NCBI RefSeq assembly: GCF_006345805.1
Contig: NC_043012.1
Span: forward strand, 5,890,001 to 5,954,000
From: Octopus sinensis
Lineage: Eukaryota
Length of the DNA stretch: 64,000 nt
Direction: 5' to 3'
Shown: one piece after another, positions 38,111 through 52,078 of the stretch
How the letters are laid out: the number at the start of each line of letters is the position of its first letter
How positions within the stretch are numbered: the first letter of the stretch is position 1
Translations under genes and position numbers: made by a program
The notes under the pieces: generated by a model
What the model was told of the DNA's origin: nothing
Database searches by the model: none
What the model saw: the letters and a program-made list of their open reading frames with translations, nothing else

Positions 38111-38510
38111 AAGCCCATAAGATTGAAGCCAAAAAATTATACAGAAATCTCTTAGGTGTGTGTGTGAGAGAGAGGGAGAGAGAGATAGAGATACTTAGAG
38201 ATAACAAAATAACGTGGTAGAATGGATGAAGTGGTCCCTGCACGCCAGGAAACGCAGACGATATTTCACAGTATTCATTGTCGCACGTCATTTGCTTGGC
38301 CTTTGTGACTTCATAATTTTATGATTCACAGTTTTGTAATTTCATGCTTTAATAATTCTATAGTTATGTCAGTTACTCTGAGACATTATCCGCATTGAAA
38401 AAAGTAGGTTTTTTTTTTTGTTATTGATAAGAATTGAATTTATCTTCTCATTCTAATGATTCATTCATTCTTCAGTTTTACGGAAGTTATCATTACGTAC
38501 AACAGCGAAT

Positions 38511-38844
38511 GAGGAGGAGACCCCCTTCAGTCATGAATGACCATGGGATTGCACCTAGAAAGTTACCCTCCTAGACACAAGTCCGGGCAAGGTTGTTTAT
38601 GGAAGACCAGCAGTCACCCATGCATAGCAGCCTCCCCTCTCCACACCACCAGTGTTATCCAAGGGAAAGGCAAAGGGGCCGATACAGCTTGGCACCAGTG
38701 ATGTCGCAACTCATTTCTACAGCTGAGTAAACTGGAGCAACGTGAAATAAAGTGTCTTGCTCAAGAACAGAACATGCAGCCCAGTCCGTGAATCGAACTC
38801 AGAACCTCACGATCGTAAGCTCGACGCTCTAACCATTGAGCCAT
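38511..38844 (-). mobile_element. tRNA-derived CORE-like SINE family D with 7-bp TSD
   Basis: Head TGGCTCAATGGTTAGAGCGTCG, GAGTTCGATTC; TSD agcgaat at 38504-38510 and 38845-38851. Confidence 0.88.
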
Positions 38845-39129
38845 AGCGAATAATATCTCTACATTCTACGGGGACCATTAAGGATGGAAAGTTTTTGTGC
38901 ATGGTTGAATTAGTTGAGAACTGATTTAATGTTTACGTTATCATATACCACAGATATACATTCACACATATACGCACACACATGCATATTATAAATACGT
39001 ATGTATGTGCGCATAAATGGAATATTAAACAACGGCTCTCATCTTTATTATTCTTTTTACTTGTTTCAATCATTGGACTGTGGCCATGCTGGGGTGTTAG
39101 CTACCCCCATCCGATCTTTCAATGGCAGT

Positions 39130-40218
39130 TATTTTAGCCTATTTATCAGTAAGACTGACCACCGTGCTTGTGACAGTTTCTTAGTTTTTATTCGTAATTT
39201 AATCGAAAATTCGGTCCAGCAATTGAAGTTATTGCTTCACATGGAAGTGAATACCTCTCCAGGTACTGGATTAGTTAATAACGACTTGTTCGGTTAATGC
39301 GCGATTCCGTTACTACCTGATACTTATTCTGTCTGGTTGCCGGCCACCTCTATCTCTGGTGTGTTCGACACCACCAGTGATGTCATTTACGTATACGATG
39401 AGGTCTTTCGTATTCCATTTCAAGAGGGATGCACTTCAACACCAGCTTTCGCATCACGCGTTCGGTCTGTCATCCTTGACACATCAAATACGTGATTCAG
39501 AACTGTTCTGATAAGTGGGCGTTTGATTTGACTACCGAACAGATACTGTTGTACACTGGAGCGATTCCGTCTCTGAAACTGGCCCCGAAACGGCCCTTGG
39601 GATCATACAGCGATCATACAGCGAAGGCCGAACCAGCCCAAGTTCTTTAGCTTAATTAAAATTGATCAGTGCCTTACCGAAGTCAGATCTATTCACGACC
39701 CGCTCCGCGATTTATTGCATGAAGTGGAGGTTGTCTTGGATAGATAACCTCCACCTTATAATGGTGTATCATAGATTTGTCAGAGATCGAACAGGTTTGT
39801 GTCTGACAATTAACAAACGCTAATTTCATGTCGAGTATATTTACTCTTTCCTTAGCTCTGTACTGAGCAGAGTTATGAGCTTAAAATTGTCTTTATTTGG
39901 TTTGCCAGATTCTTGATGTCAGTTTGTGTGATGAAATAAGTTTTGTTGTGTCTTAGGAGAATCGTTCTGCCAATAATATCAACATATGCACAGGTTCAAT
40001 TCCACTTCTTTATTATTATTATTAGTCAATTAGTTAAATATCAAACCGACTAAATAATCAATCGTCTGTTTAATTTACTGGTTAAACAATCAATCGGTTG
40101 TTTGTCGTTCAAAGTTCTTTCGTTGCTGTTCGCAACCTTTTCAGTGACCTGTGACTCTCTACTCGCCGTAACACGTTAAACAAATGATCGATTAGTTGGT
40201 CAGATATTTAACTAATTG

Positions 40219-40254
<36 letters not shown>

Positions 40255-41650
40255 GTGGAATTGAATCTGCGTCTGTTGTTATTATTATTATTAGTTTAAA
40301 ATTGTCAGTTATGGCATTTTAGTTTGATGCTTCTTCAGTAATTCATAATTTTTTACGTACTCTGGTATTCTTCCGGTTTGTCGTAAGTTGCAAGAAACAG
40401 CTATCATGAAATTTGAGAAGAAATATGGCATGTGACAATAATGTTGCGTAGGGCAGACCATCGTTTTCTGGTATTTTGCTTCTCGCACGGCAACTTAACA
40501 CGTTTGCTGTTTCAGCCGCTGAAATGACTTTTGTGAGTTCTTTACGTCTTCCATCGAGATTTATGACAGACCGTCGAGGTAAAAACCGAAGGAATCTTTC
40601 GCCTCCACTCCGTCGATCTTTGCGAACAGTTCGGTAAATAGTTAGCACGTGTGCGCTGGAGTTGGATAGCAGCCGTCCATCGAAGACTTAAGTATAGATT
40701 TATTTCCAGATTGCGTTTCCACCACCCAGGTCTAGCGAATGGCTTCTCTCCCTCGTGTTTCCTTCATGTTTTACGTCGAAGAAATATGGAAAGACAATTC
40801 TTGTCTCTACCACGTCGTATGTGCTGATTTGCTTTCTTTTCGTCTATTCTAATCGACTGATTTTGTTGGTTCTCTTCTGTTATTATCTATTGAAACATCT
40901 TTACTAAACTTTATCGACTTTACTCTCGTCTTTCCCAATTGTAAGATTCATGTTGTTGTTTCCCTCGTTAGTTGCTGTTTAACTAATTCGCTAATCTGGT
41001 CTCTGAAAACTTTGTGTCGAGAAAGATGTGTTCAATTTCCGGCAACTGGATCTCTTATTTGTCTGAAGTAAATTGCTCTTACAGAGCCACAAATTCGTGA
41101 TCTGTGTAACCAACTACTCCAAGTCGTACTCAATGTACATGACAGTTTGTCCTACTCAACTTTGGCGTAATCGGGAAATCCAGGCGATACTTGTAGGGCA
41201 GTTGGAATTATCTGAGCCTGTCTGCGAGGCTTTTAATAGCCCAACCAATCCCTGCGTGCACAGTATTCACCTTAAATGACTGATGAACGAAATGTGCTTA
41301 GAACTGTATCTTAGACGATTGAAGAGATCCAGCCATCAAGCTGCTGCTGAGGTGTAAAACAACCACTTCTGTGAAGAGGCCATTGCACTTAATGCTATTC
41401 ACGTCTAGGACCGGCGACTTTATTATCAAGCTTTCGAGATATCGTGCTTACTTTTAGATCGAGGCCTTTGAACAACACTGCTACACAGCTTGTTCCAGAG
41501 CCAACCGAAATAGTTTAATCTTCGCAGTCAGGCAGAAGAAAAGCCAACATCTATCTGATGGCTATAGCATTCATCCAATTTTAGTTACCTGAGATTGTTC
41601 AACAAGTGTCCTTCTTCACACGCCGATCCCTATTCGTGTGCATTTGTACC
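39130..41650 (-). mobile_element. Decayed L1/Tx1-clade LINE ORF2 (APE endonuclease end + RT), interrupted by fold-back 2
   Basis: Minus-strand remnants GYTDHEFV (SDH), RKLNTSF (WKLN), NFKLITLLSTEL, QTCSISDKS, ALIN, YVNDIT (YADD), VVTESRIN. Confidence 0.8.
39972..40290. mobile_element. Fold-back element 2 (long inverted repeats) with a degenerate hammerhead in the spacer (40107-40149, -)
   Basis: Arms CAGGTTCAATTCCACTT..TAGTCAATTAGTTAAATATC / GATATTTAACTAATTGATTA..AAGTGGAATTGAATCTG; minus strand GGUCA-CUGAAAA-G-GUUGC GAACA GCAAC-GAAAGAACUU-UGAAC. Confidence 0.8.
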
Positions 41651-42215
41651 ACCTCCTCTTTGTAAGGTCATGTTAAGCGAAGAAAAAGAAGAGTTTACTT
41701 TCCTTCGTCGAGAGGTAATGTATATTTTTGATGTTGTTGTTGTTGTTGTTTTTTCCCCCTTTTTCTTTTGTCAAGTTTCCGCCACCTTCTCAGCTTAACT
41801 TGGCACGAGATCCCGTGATTTGCTATGACGTCGTTGCCTCCCCCCCTTCTTATTCCATATTAATTTAGTATTTTTATCACTTCTTGCTGCTGGTTACGAT
41901 GTAAACAAACCCAACATGTGACCGCTGCTGTAAACATAGATGATGCACAATGCATATCTATAGTACGCGGACACACACACACACACACGTCGAAGAGAGA
42001 GAGAACGAGAGAGGCTCTTCCTTCGTGTGTGTGTGTGTGTGCATGCAATAAACTGATATTAGACATTAAAAAAGAAATACATAAGTACATTTACATGTGC
42101 ACGTGTATGAAAGTCTCCAACGATGATTGTATAAGTTCTATGCACACACATACACAGACTAATGTACGTATATTAGAAATATCTACTTTCACTTTGAAGA
42201 GATTTTTTTCAGTCA

Positions 42216-42281
<66 letters not shown>

Positions 42282-42468
42282 TGTACACACACTCACACCC
42301 CACACAGGAGAAAGAGAAAGGGTTTGGCGAGAGTGACAAATGCAAAGGCGTGAAAGGTAGAAAGAGATAAACACTTTAGATGGCGGCAAAATAGGAAAGT
42401 CTGCGCGATCACTTCTTAATCATGTATGAGTCAAGACAAGCAATACATCTAAAGAGGTTTTGATATAC

Positions 42469-42768
42469 ATACAAACGTACCTCAACTTACGTTATTTCGA
42501 GTTACGTCTTTTTGGAAATGGGGTGGAAATAAATCTGAACTTAAGTCGATTTATCCGGCTTTAAGTCGGTCTCAACGGACATGTTTAGAACGACTAAAAT
42601 TTTTTAAAAATCACCTAAAAACCAATATTGTAGAGGAAAAATCAAATAAAATACATGTGAAAATATGTACAAACCAGTTTATTAAAACATCCAAGCTATT
42701 AAAATTTTTTAATGTTTTTCCGTGTTAGCACGTCTTGGAACCAATAACTGACTTAAGCTGATGCGTGT
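42469..42768. mobile_element. Degenerate Tigger/pogo-like MITE
   Basis: Weak TIRs CCTCAACTTACG / CTTAAGCTGATG near TA. Confidence 0.35.
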
Positions 42769-43405
42769 ATAACACATACACACACAACACACACTCTCTC
42801 CTACGCACAGATATAATACACCTCTCCACTGCCAGGATGGCCTAGTAACCCCCATCGCTGACCCATCTCGAACCGTCCCCATCATTATCTCCGTTTTTAC
42901 ACTCATTCACTACCTTACTGATAATAGAAAAGAAAATTGAGTAGAAAGTCACTGGAGGAAATATATAAGTGAATGAACGGAGGAAGGAAGTAACGAATAA
43001 ATATTATAATTATCTTTGTTGTAAATAGTGTTGTATGGGCAACAGATAATGGTGGGAGAATAGGAGGGGGGCGATGTGTAGAGTAGAGAAGCGGTCGAGT
43101 GGAGAGGAATGATATAGATAAGAATTAGATGAGAGAATGAGAGAAAAAGCGGGGGAGGAAGAAATGGTAACATAGAGATAAGTATAGAATTATAAGGTCA
43201 TTTTCATATATATATATATATATATATTTATATAAAACGAGTCATAGAAGAGGTGTGTATGTGTGTATGTCTACTCACTTAGAGGGGCTTAGGTGTGAAT
43301 AGTTTTATGCATGGAGATGAGAGAGAGAGAGTACAGAGGTGAAATTACGATGAATATTAATGTTGAGTCATACAGACACTACAGAAACACACTCAAGCAC
43401 TTATG

Positions 43406-43408
<3 letters not shown>

Positions 43409-43464
<56 letters not shown>

Positions 43465-43470
43465 AGAGAG
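43409..43470. repeat. (GA)n microsatellite
   Basis: Long dinucleotide run. Confidence 0.95.
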
Positions 43471-45809
43471 GATATATAGGGGTGAAGGGGACAGAGAAAG
43501 TGGAGGGGAGGGATAAGGAAAAGGAGAATTAAATGAGAAAGAAAGCTAAAGAGGGCGAATGTGGGAGGGAGGTGATGGTTGAATGTGTAGATGAAGCTAC
43601 AGGAGATGATAGAATGAGGAAGCGAAAGACAGAGAGAGAGAGAAAGAAGGAGGTCAGGGACAAAAGGAAGGATTTTTGCAGTTTGTGGAACAAGCCAAAT
43701 AAGCTTCTTTCTTCCTATCTTTGTGTGTGTGTGTTGGATGACTGGTTGTCGGACGGTTCTTGTCTGATGGATTGATGCAGACAGAAAACGTGTGATGCTA
43801 TGTCAGCTACCACAGCAATCATAACGGACCGACCGACCGACCGACCGACAGCACTGTCCGATGAGGTAATAAACCACAATAACTCCCTCCCTCCCCCCCC
43901 AAACACTATCCTCTCCCTCCCCCCCACCACTTTCTCTCTTCTTACTCGATGACGTCGGCTGGACAGAATGACATCATACCAGATGCACTGCGTCCCGATT
44001 ATAATAATAATGAGTTCTGTTTAACTTGGGTGCGAGGAGAATCGTTTATTTTAAGGAGGAGCGGAGTGGACATTAAATTAGTTGAATTCGATTTCCAAAA
44101 ATACTTGCTTGAATTCTCTTTATACATACATTATTTTATTATTTTATTATTTATTTTTATTTTCATTTTTACCAAAGCCCCTTGAAAGATGAATAACGAA
44201 TGTTAATCCAAGTCAGATTTGAACTAGTAATGTCGCAATGTCGGTAAACGGGAACTAAATGTGATACCTTTTGTTTTCGACCTTATTTGGTCTATGCTCT
44301 CCTTTTTGGTGGTGCTTTGGCCCTAAGTATGCACTATTCGAGCTAACCTATAATCATTGAGGCACCAGCTGTGATCATTCGGTCTTCGTACTATCCAAGA
44401 ATGAATTTTATCTTAGTGTGTCATTCTATTTTTAGGATGATACGGGTGTAATCTGAGATTTGACTGCTGTTCCTAGCAGGTCGGACGACTACATAGAAGT
44501 TCCATCGCTCCTGGTTTATAACTATAAGCTTCCGTGCTTCCTTCACCGACGCCAGTTTGTCACAGACACCGTCTGGTTCTATGAGTGATAATCTTCCGTT
44601 TTTTAAAAGTTATCCTGTTTAAATTCCAACCGAATTTCTCGACCAGTTTAATGTATAAGCCAACGAGGATGTTAAACTCAGACCTCTGCGTGATCGTTCG
44701 ATCTGCAAGATGTAGCAGCCATATCTTCCTCAAATAGTACCTTGGTGTGAAAGGAATACATTCCTAATTATATAATGACTGAAATGCCTTTGATCTTGGA
44801 TCTGCTCAGTCTAGCCTGACCTGGGGTTGAACAACAAGGCAAGGAAAGACTGTGGTCCATTGACTTGCTAGACACAACAGCCAAATATCCCTAAAAAATC
44901 ACACTTTATTGTCTTAAATAAAGAATACATTTTTAACAGCTTTGTTAGGACCTGGGAGTTAAAACCTTTAGTTTTTCATGACCTCTGAAACTGGGAAGGA
45001 AAGGAAGATGTTAACCTTAAACTGGAAACCTGGTCGAAATGGTATGCAATAGTGAATTCTACAAAAGGTACCACGGGCCAAATGATGATGTTAAACCAGG
45101 CAGCGGATTAATTTTCCCCCAATATAAGAATTCGTAATGCTAAGAACTTTACTAAATACTGCAATGTAGCTCATCTGAGTCACCTGCCCTGTACTGTGAC
45201 AGTTCAGTGTAGTTCCTGATGTACATTAAGACGGAATTGTCATATCTAGGACATCTTTAATCGTAGGTATATTAAAAAAAGGGCTTACCTGGGGCTAAAC
45301 ATCGACGACAAACAATGAAAGCAGAGAATAGTTAGCGTATTTGATGACATATAAGACAGACTTAAGATAAAAAGAATATCTGAACAAGTCACTCTTGGTT
45401 CTATATGCAATATTGGCCCTTCCCTTAAGCTAACTTTGTTTTTTCCTGAATATGCGCTGCTGGAATAGGGTACATTTTTTATGCCATCAATTATAGTGTT
45501 TTACCTTAAAAAAAAATTGTCATTATTTCCAAATTTAATAGAAATACGTATTTAATGTGTTTCATTAAGAATATGGTGTTAACTATCCGCAGAAAGATAG
45601 CGGATTATCCCACGGTCTGCAATTTAAATTCAAATCTCATATTTCCTGCTCTAATGATACAAATTTTTAATTTCTGATCTTAATCTTAAGTTATTTTATT
45701 TTATGATATTGGGAATGAATATTTAATGTAATTTTTTGTTTTGTTTTGTTTCCTCAAAATGTTTTCTGCTTTGATTTACCCATCTTGGATATTTTCCTTT
45801 TTTCTTCTT

Positions 45810-46380
45810 TTAGTTGTTTCAGTGATTAGACTGCGGCCATGCTGGGGCCTTGAATTTTTTTTTTTAGTCGAATGAATGCCCCCATCCCCACTGTACTTTT
45901 TTTTTTAAAGTCTGATACTTATTCTGTCGATCTCTTGCCGAACTGCTAAGTTACAGGGACGTAAATATGCCAAAACCGGTTGTCAAGCGGTGGTGACACA
46001 CGCGCACGCTTTTTACGTGCCACCGGCAAGGGGCCAGTCAGGTGGCCCTGGCATCGATCAAGTTCAGACAGTGCTTTTTATGTGCCACTGGCAGGGCGTA
46101 CTGGCATCGACCATGTTCATATAGTGCATTTTACATATATATATATGTATATATATACTTTTATTTTTTCAGTCATTTGACTGCGACTATGCTGGAGCAC
46201 TGCCTGGAAGGGTTTTAGTCAAACAAATCACTCCCTTGTCTTGATTTTTTTAATGCCTAGTACTTATTCTATTGGTTCTTTTGCTGAACCGCTAAGTTTC
46301 AGGGATGTAAACAGAGCAACACTGCTTGTCAAGCAGTGATGGGGGGGGGGAAACACAGACACACAAATACACACACATAG

Positions 46381-46417
<37 letters not shown>

Positions 46418-46545
46418 GATGGGCTCCTTTCAGTTTCTATGTACCAAATCTGCTCACAAGGCTTTAGTAGAAGACACTTGCCCAAGGTGCCATGCAGTGG
46501 GACTGAACTTGGAACCATGTGGTTGGTAAGCATGCTTCTTACCAC
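45810..46545 (-). mobile_element. Cluster: SINE A 3' part, family C fragment and SINE A
   Basis: Family motifs on the minus strand. Confidence 0.8.
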
Positions 46546-46802
46546 TCTTTATATATGAGTGCATGTTTGTGTCTCTGTGTTGACATTCTATGTAGTTATA
46601 AATGAGTGTCCAAGCAGTGTCATTCATTTCCAATATACTATGAGAACATCTGGCCATGAGGGAACTATTACCTTCTGTGGAAACTGGTGAGGGTTGGCCA
46701 CAGGAAGGGCATCCAGCTATAGAAAATAAACTTCGTCTAACCCATGCCAGCATGGAAAAGTGGATGTTAGAAGGAAATGATGATTTAGTGTTTACTTTAA
46801 AT

Positions 46803-47578
46803 CTGGGGTTGCCAAACTTTTTCAACCATCGACCCCCTCCCTTTAGCCACTTCTCTTCCCGCATTGACCCCCTTTACCCACTTCTCCCACATCGACCCTC
46901 TTTAGCCACTTCTCCTACATCGACCACCCTCTTCATTTGAAATACCTTGATACCGTACCCTACTGTACCATATCTTAAATGCGTACCGGGTATTGATGCT
47001 GGCAATTAAAATGTTAGCTAAAATATACATGTACGGCCAATTAAGAAATTCTATTGAAGATGACACACTTTTTATATTTAAAACTATGAGTACGAGTATA
47101 CAGTATTAGACTTTTAATTTTTATGAAATTATTTTTCACGGTTAGAAAATGTGAAAAACGCATCATATTGCTGGAATATCTTTCATTGAAATTGACAACA
47201 TCAAAGTGGGGAATGAGAATGGTGATCCTGAATCAAGGCATTGGTATCAGGCTGAATGTTGGTCAGTTTCACTCTCAAATCACCTCGTTCCTCCAGGTTC
47301 TGGCAATTTCTATAAGCAAACACTTGACAGCCCACATCCCCTCAATCACAATTCCCAATCTTCAATTACGATACAGATTACGACATCAGGCCCTGAATGT
47401 TAACAACAGCAGACTTCTCGCTGCAGTGAAAATTTATCATGTTTTCCCACATTTCATGGCGCTGACTAAGTATTTCAATCGGTTCAGCTGGTCTTTTGCA
47501 TGCCGACCTCCATTCAATCCTGCTGTAATTGCTCACCAACTCCTAGGGGATCCCTCGGACCCCCATTGGCGACCCCTA
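46803..47578 (-). mobile_element. Internally deleted hAT (Charlie/Buster-type) transposon
   Basis: TIRs CTGGGGTTGCCAA / TTGGCGACCCCTA; perfect 8-bp TSD CTTTAAAT at 46795-46802 and 47579-47586; minus peptide ERGDLRVKLTNIQPD..HHSH*; subterminal CATCGACCC repeats. Confidence 0.92.
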
Positions 47579-47604
47579 CTTTAAATTATTAATGATTTAT
47601 AATT

Positions 47605-47800
47605 GTGACACAAGGCCAGTAATTTTAAAAGGGGAGGGGTTTTACTCAATACGATCAGCATCAACACTTGAATAGTTCTTTGTTTTATTGATCCCGAAAG
47701 AATGAAAGGCAAAGTTGACCTCAACAGGATTTGATCTTGGAACCTAGGATCATAACTAAATGCTACTAGGCATTTTGTCTGATGCTCTAACAATTCTGCC
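47605..47800 (-). mobile_element. SINE family B, degenerate
   Basis: Core GAAAGGCAAAGTTGACC. Confidence 0.75.
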
Positions 47801-48161
47801 AAACCACATTTTAGTTGTCATCGAATCTACTAATTCCATTCAAGGAGCTTCTGTTGGCTTGGTTGTGGTGATTGTGAGCTGCTTAACCTGTTGGAAATAG
47901 CAGCTAAATCTTATTCAAATATCACACCATGCTATCTTGAAAAATACAACAAACATTTAAGATATGCTACACTGACTGGAGAAAATTAAATAAGGATGGT
48001 CGCAACTGGAATGCTGATCTACTAAATGGAGTTACTAAGATGTGAAAATCAGTTTAACAATAACAAAGACCATTGCTTGAGTAACAGAACACTTTTCTTT
48101 AGAAAATAACTAGAAAATTACTGTGTAATCATTTCTTATACTTTCTGTTAATTAGAAGTAT

Positions 48162-48543
48162 TATTGTCTTGCAAAGTACTTAGTGGTCCTGTTAGTGCTG
48201 GTTCTACATAAAAAGCACTGGTGAAAAAAAAGCATTGGCGATGGTACTATGTAAAAAGCCACTGGTGATGGTGCCACATAAAAAGCACAGGTGGTATCAC
48301 AAAGAAAGCACTGGTGATGGTGCCAAGTAAAAATCACTTGTGATGGTGCCACATAAAAAGCACTGAGTACACTCTGTAAAGTGGTTGGCATTAGGAAGGG
48401 CATTGAACAGTAGAAATCATGCCAACCATGCCAAAACAGTCTCTGGAACCTGGTATGGTTTCTGGCCTTGGCAGCACTTGTCAAACCATCTAACTTATAC
48501 TAGCATAGAAAACATGATAAATGATGGTGATGATGAGGATGAT
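48162..48543 (+). mobile_element. Family C element with ~25-bp internal tandem repeats
   Basis: GGTGCCACATAAAAAGCAC units, GGCATTAGGAAGGGCAT, (GAT)n tail. Confidence 0.8.
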
Positions 48544-49894
48544 TGTAAAATTCAACTGTTGCAGGTTTCCACACAATTTCCATTTACTGTTTTATGCTAA
48601 AAAAAAAAAAATCTTTGTTCAGCCTGAGATTATGAAAGATGTTCCCACAGTTGGATTGAAACTAGAACCACATCGATCCAAAGTAAATTTCGTCACTACG
48701 CAGCCACTTCCAACTACTTTTTTTTCCTTCTTTTTCATACCTATATATTTTATTGTTGTTAGTATTTGCTTTTTATCTTGTACCAGGCACATCTTCATCT
48801 AACTATTCTACCTAGTCATGCATGTAGTCCACTAATCGACTAACCTGCAGTCATTGCAGTTTTAGTTCAATTGTATTCACATAACCCATTTATGCTATGT
48901 CATAGGCACTGCCTTATCTCCAAGACACACGTGTGTACACACATAATTTATACACACCCCATCCAATTATTCTAAGTCAATGATATTGCCCCGCCTCAAA
49001 AGTGTATATGCACACACACACACACATTCTCTCTCTCTCTCTTTTTCTCGCTTAAGCTTTTGAACCTTGCCCTACCCCACCCAAAACATCTACACATATA
49101 AATTCACTTCAGCCACTTATTCTATCTAGGTCATGGCAATGACTTACCACTAGCATTAAGTTCAAGAGTGGAATTTACAGTATTACGTTTGTTTAATTCC
49201 TTGATTACATGCATTTTGAAACATAAGAAGAATTAAATGTAATTGCATAAATTTCACCCTTCTACTTAATGCATTGTGGTACTCACTTTACAACCCTGTA
49301 GTCCTGGGTTAAGTTCCACTTCACTGCACCTTGTGTAAGTATCTTCCACAACAGCCCTGGGCTGACCTAAACCTCATGAGTGGATTTGGTAAATGGAAAT
49401 TGAAAGGAGCCTATTGTGTGAAAAATATTACCCCCCCCCACACACACACAATGTTATTGTGATACACTGAATGTACAACAAGTCTACATAAAAAGTTAGG
49501 GCTCAACTCTGGGCTATGTTTAAGTCCCATGCTGGTATAATTCCATTAGGGATTCATCAATATGAACTTGGGCTGTTATGTACTGTTATAAACCTAAACT
49601 GGAATGTCTAAGTTTAAAAGGTTTTAATCAACTAAAAATAAAGTAATCTACAATACAAACAAACATGGTTAAAAATTGTAAGCAAAACTAAACTTCAACG
49701 CCATAACAGTTTTATGCAGTGAGTTGCTACAGTCTCGACTAACTAAAAACTAACACTAAACACGTCATATTGCATAGTGCCACAAACAGAACAGAACTCT
49801 GTGCAGTTGCACTGCAGGCAAATAACAGCAATCGAGATAATCAAAGTTACGTGATCAAAACTAAAATCACATGTACTAACAAGAACCAAATGTA

Positions 49895-50123
49895 GTTTAA
49901 GAGAATATAAGAAATTGTTGGCATTTCAGATATTTTGTTACATATATTTCAGTTATCTGTAATTGAATTTTATAACTGGTCGTATTATCAGATGACAATA
50001 TCAAAACAATTTGCTATCATCTGATGATGATATGATCAGTAATTGATTTAATTATTGATTATTGAAATGTATGCAATGAAGTATCTGAAATATCCATAAT
50101 TTATTTTCTGTTCTTCTTTGAAC
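49895..50123. mobile_element. Fold-back palindrome 3 (old, CpG-decayed) with outward-facing hammerhead relics
   Basis: Diverged arms around spacer 49997-50015; + 50017-50079 UCAU-CUGAUGA..13-bp hairpin..GAAA UGUAUG CA-AUGA; - 49935-49995 UCAU-CUGAUAA..GAAA UAUAUG UA. Confidence 0.7.
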
Positions 50124-50524
50124 ACCCCCCCCTCACATGCACATACAATCAAAATAGAGCATGGAAATAATTAACAGAAAAGGATAAAGGAGAAACAAAC
50201 ATACTAATCCTCTCATCAGCCATGGAGGCCAGGCTCAAGTGCAGTTTCAGTGCATTGGGTTGATCAATTTCTTGTTAGTGAAATTTAAAACGATGCAGAA
50301 GCTACATATATATAATGATGATTATTATCATTATAAACATTGAAATTTGCTTGAAGCATTGCAATATGATAAATATTCAAATATTGCAACGTGATTAATA
50401 TTCAAATATTTGTAAAAGCATTTAAGCAAAGCATGTCAAATGCTATGCAAAATATATATGGTGATGTTGATAAATGAAAACTAAAGGAAAGATATTGTAT
50501 TGTTTTACATAGGCTATTCTTTTG

Positions 50525-50992
<468 letters not shown>

Positions 50993-51371
50993 TGGTTGTT
51001 GATGAACCTTAAATATATTGGGGAAAATTTGGCTGTTGCGAATGGAAGAATAAACATAATCAAAGAGTTCAGAGAAGTGTGTTGTTACTAGCCAGCCATT
51101 CTATTGTATTGTAATAAACTTATTGTAACAAACTAGGTGTCTACGTTTATAGGGTTTCAAAAAAATAAAAATACTATCGGTAACTAATTGCTTTTACAAA
51201 TAAAGTGTGATTATGTAAATAAGTACTTTGGTAAATATGGTTGATTAAAAGACTTGAAGTTAATGTTTCAGCATGTTTTGGCCAATTCCAATGAAAATTA
51301 CACACCCACACACACCCCATGCACTTTTTTTTTTGTGGTGGACACTAGTTTACCTGTAATATATATATGTA

Positions 51372-51500
51372 CATTCTGCTGAGGTCGACTTCCCTTTCAT
51401 CCTTTCGGGGTCAATAAATTAAGTACCAGTTGTGTACTGTGGTCGATCTAATTGACTGCCCCCCCCTCTCCTAAAATTACAGACCTTTTGCCTAGAATAG
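51372..51500 (+). mobile_element. SINE family B, 5'-truncated
   Basis: Core motif. Confidence 0.82.
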
Positions 51501-51639
51501 AATAGAATATATATGTACATTCATTCATTTCTGTGAGAGTGGTTTCAGATCATATGTATAAAACTAAAGATTTCTTCCTCTCCTCTTTCTTATTTTGCTT
51601 TTCTGTGTTTCTCTCACATACACACACACACACACACCA

Positions 51640-52040
51640 CAGGCCTGGCTGTGAGGTAAGAAGCTTGCTTACCAACCACATAGTTCCGGGTTCAGTCTCA
51701 CTGTGGGACTTGCCCTTGGGCAAGTGTCTTTTACTATAGCCTTCAACTGACCAAAGCCTTGTGAGTGGATTTGGTAGATGGAAACTGAAAGAAGCCTGTC
51801 ATATATATATATTATATATCTGTATATATTTGTGTGTCTTTGTGTTTGTCCCTCTCCCATTGCTTGACAACTGATGTTGGTGTGTTTATGTCCCCACGAC
51901 TTAGCAGTTTGGCAAAAGAGACAGATTGAATAAGTATCAGGGTTACAAAGAATAAGTTCTAGGGTCAATTTCTTAGACTAAAACCTTCTTAGGGTGGTGC
52001 TCCAGCATGGCCACAGTCAAATGACTGAAACAAATGAAAA
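51640..52040 (+). mobile_element. SINE family A
   Basis: Full motifs. Confidence 0.86.
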
Positions 52041-52078
52041 GAAAAATGAGAAAGACATGTAATGTGTATTAGAAAATT

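Noticed and set aside
48200-48365. Short regularly spaced AAAAAGCAC repeats resembling a CRISPR array
   Set aside because: These are degenerate tandem units inside a family C element with no unique spacers
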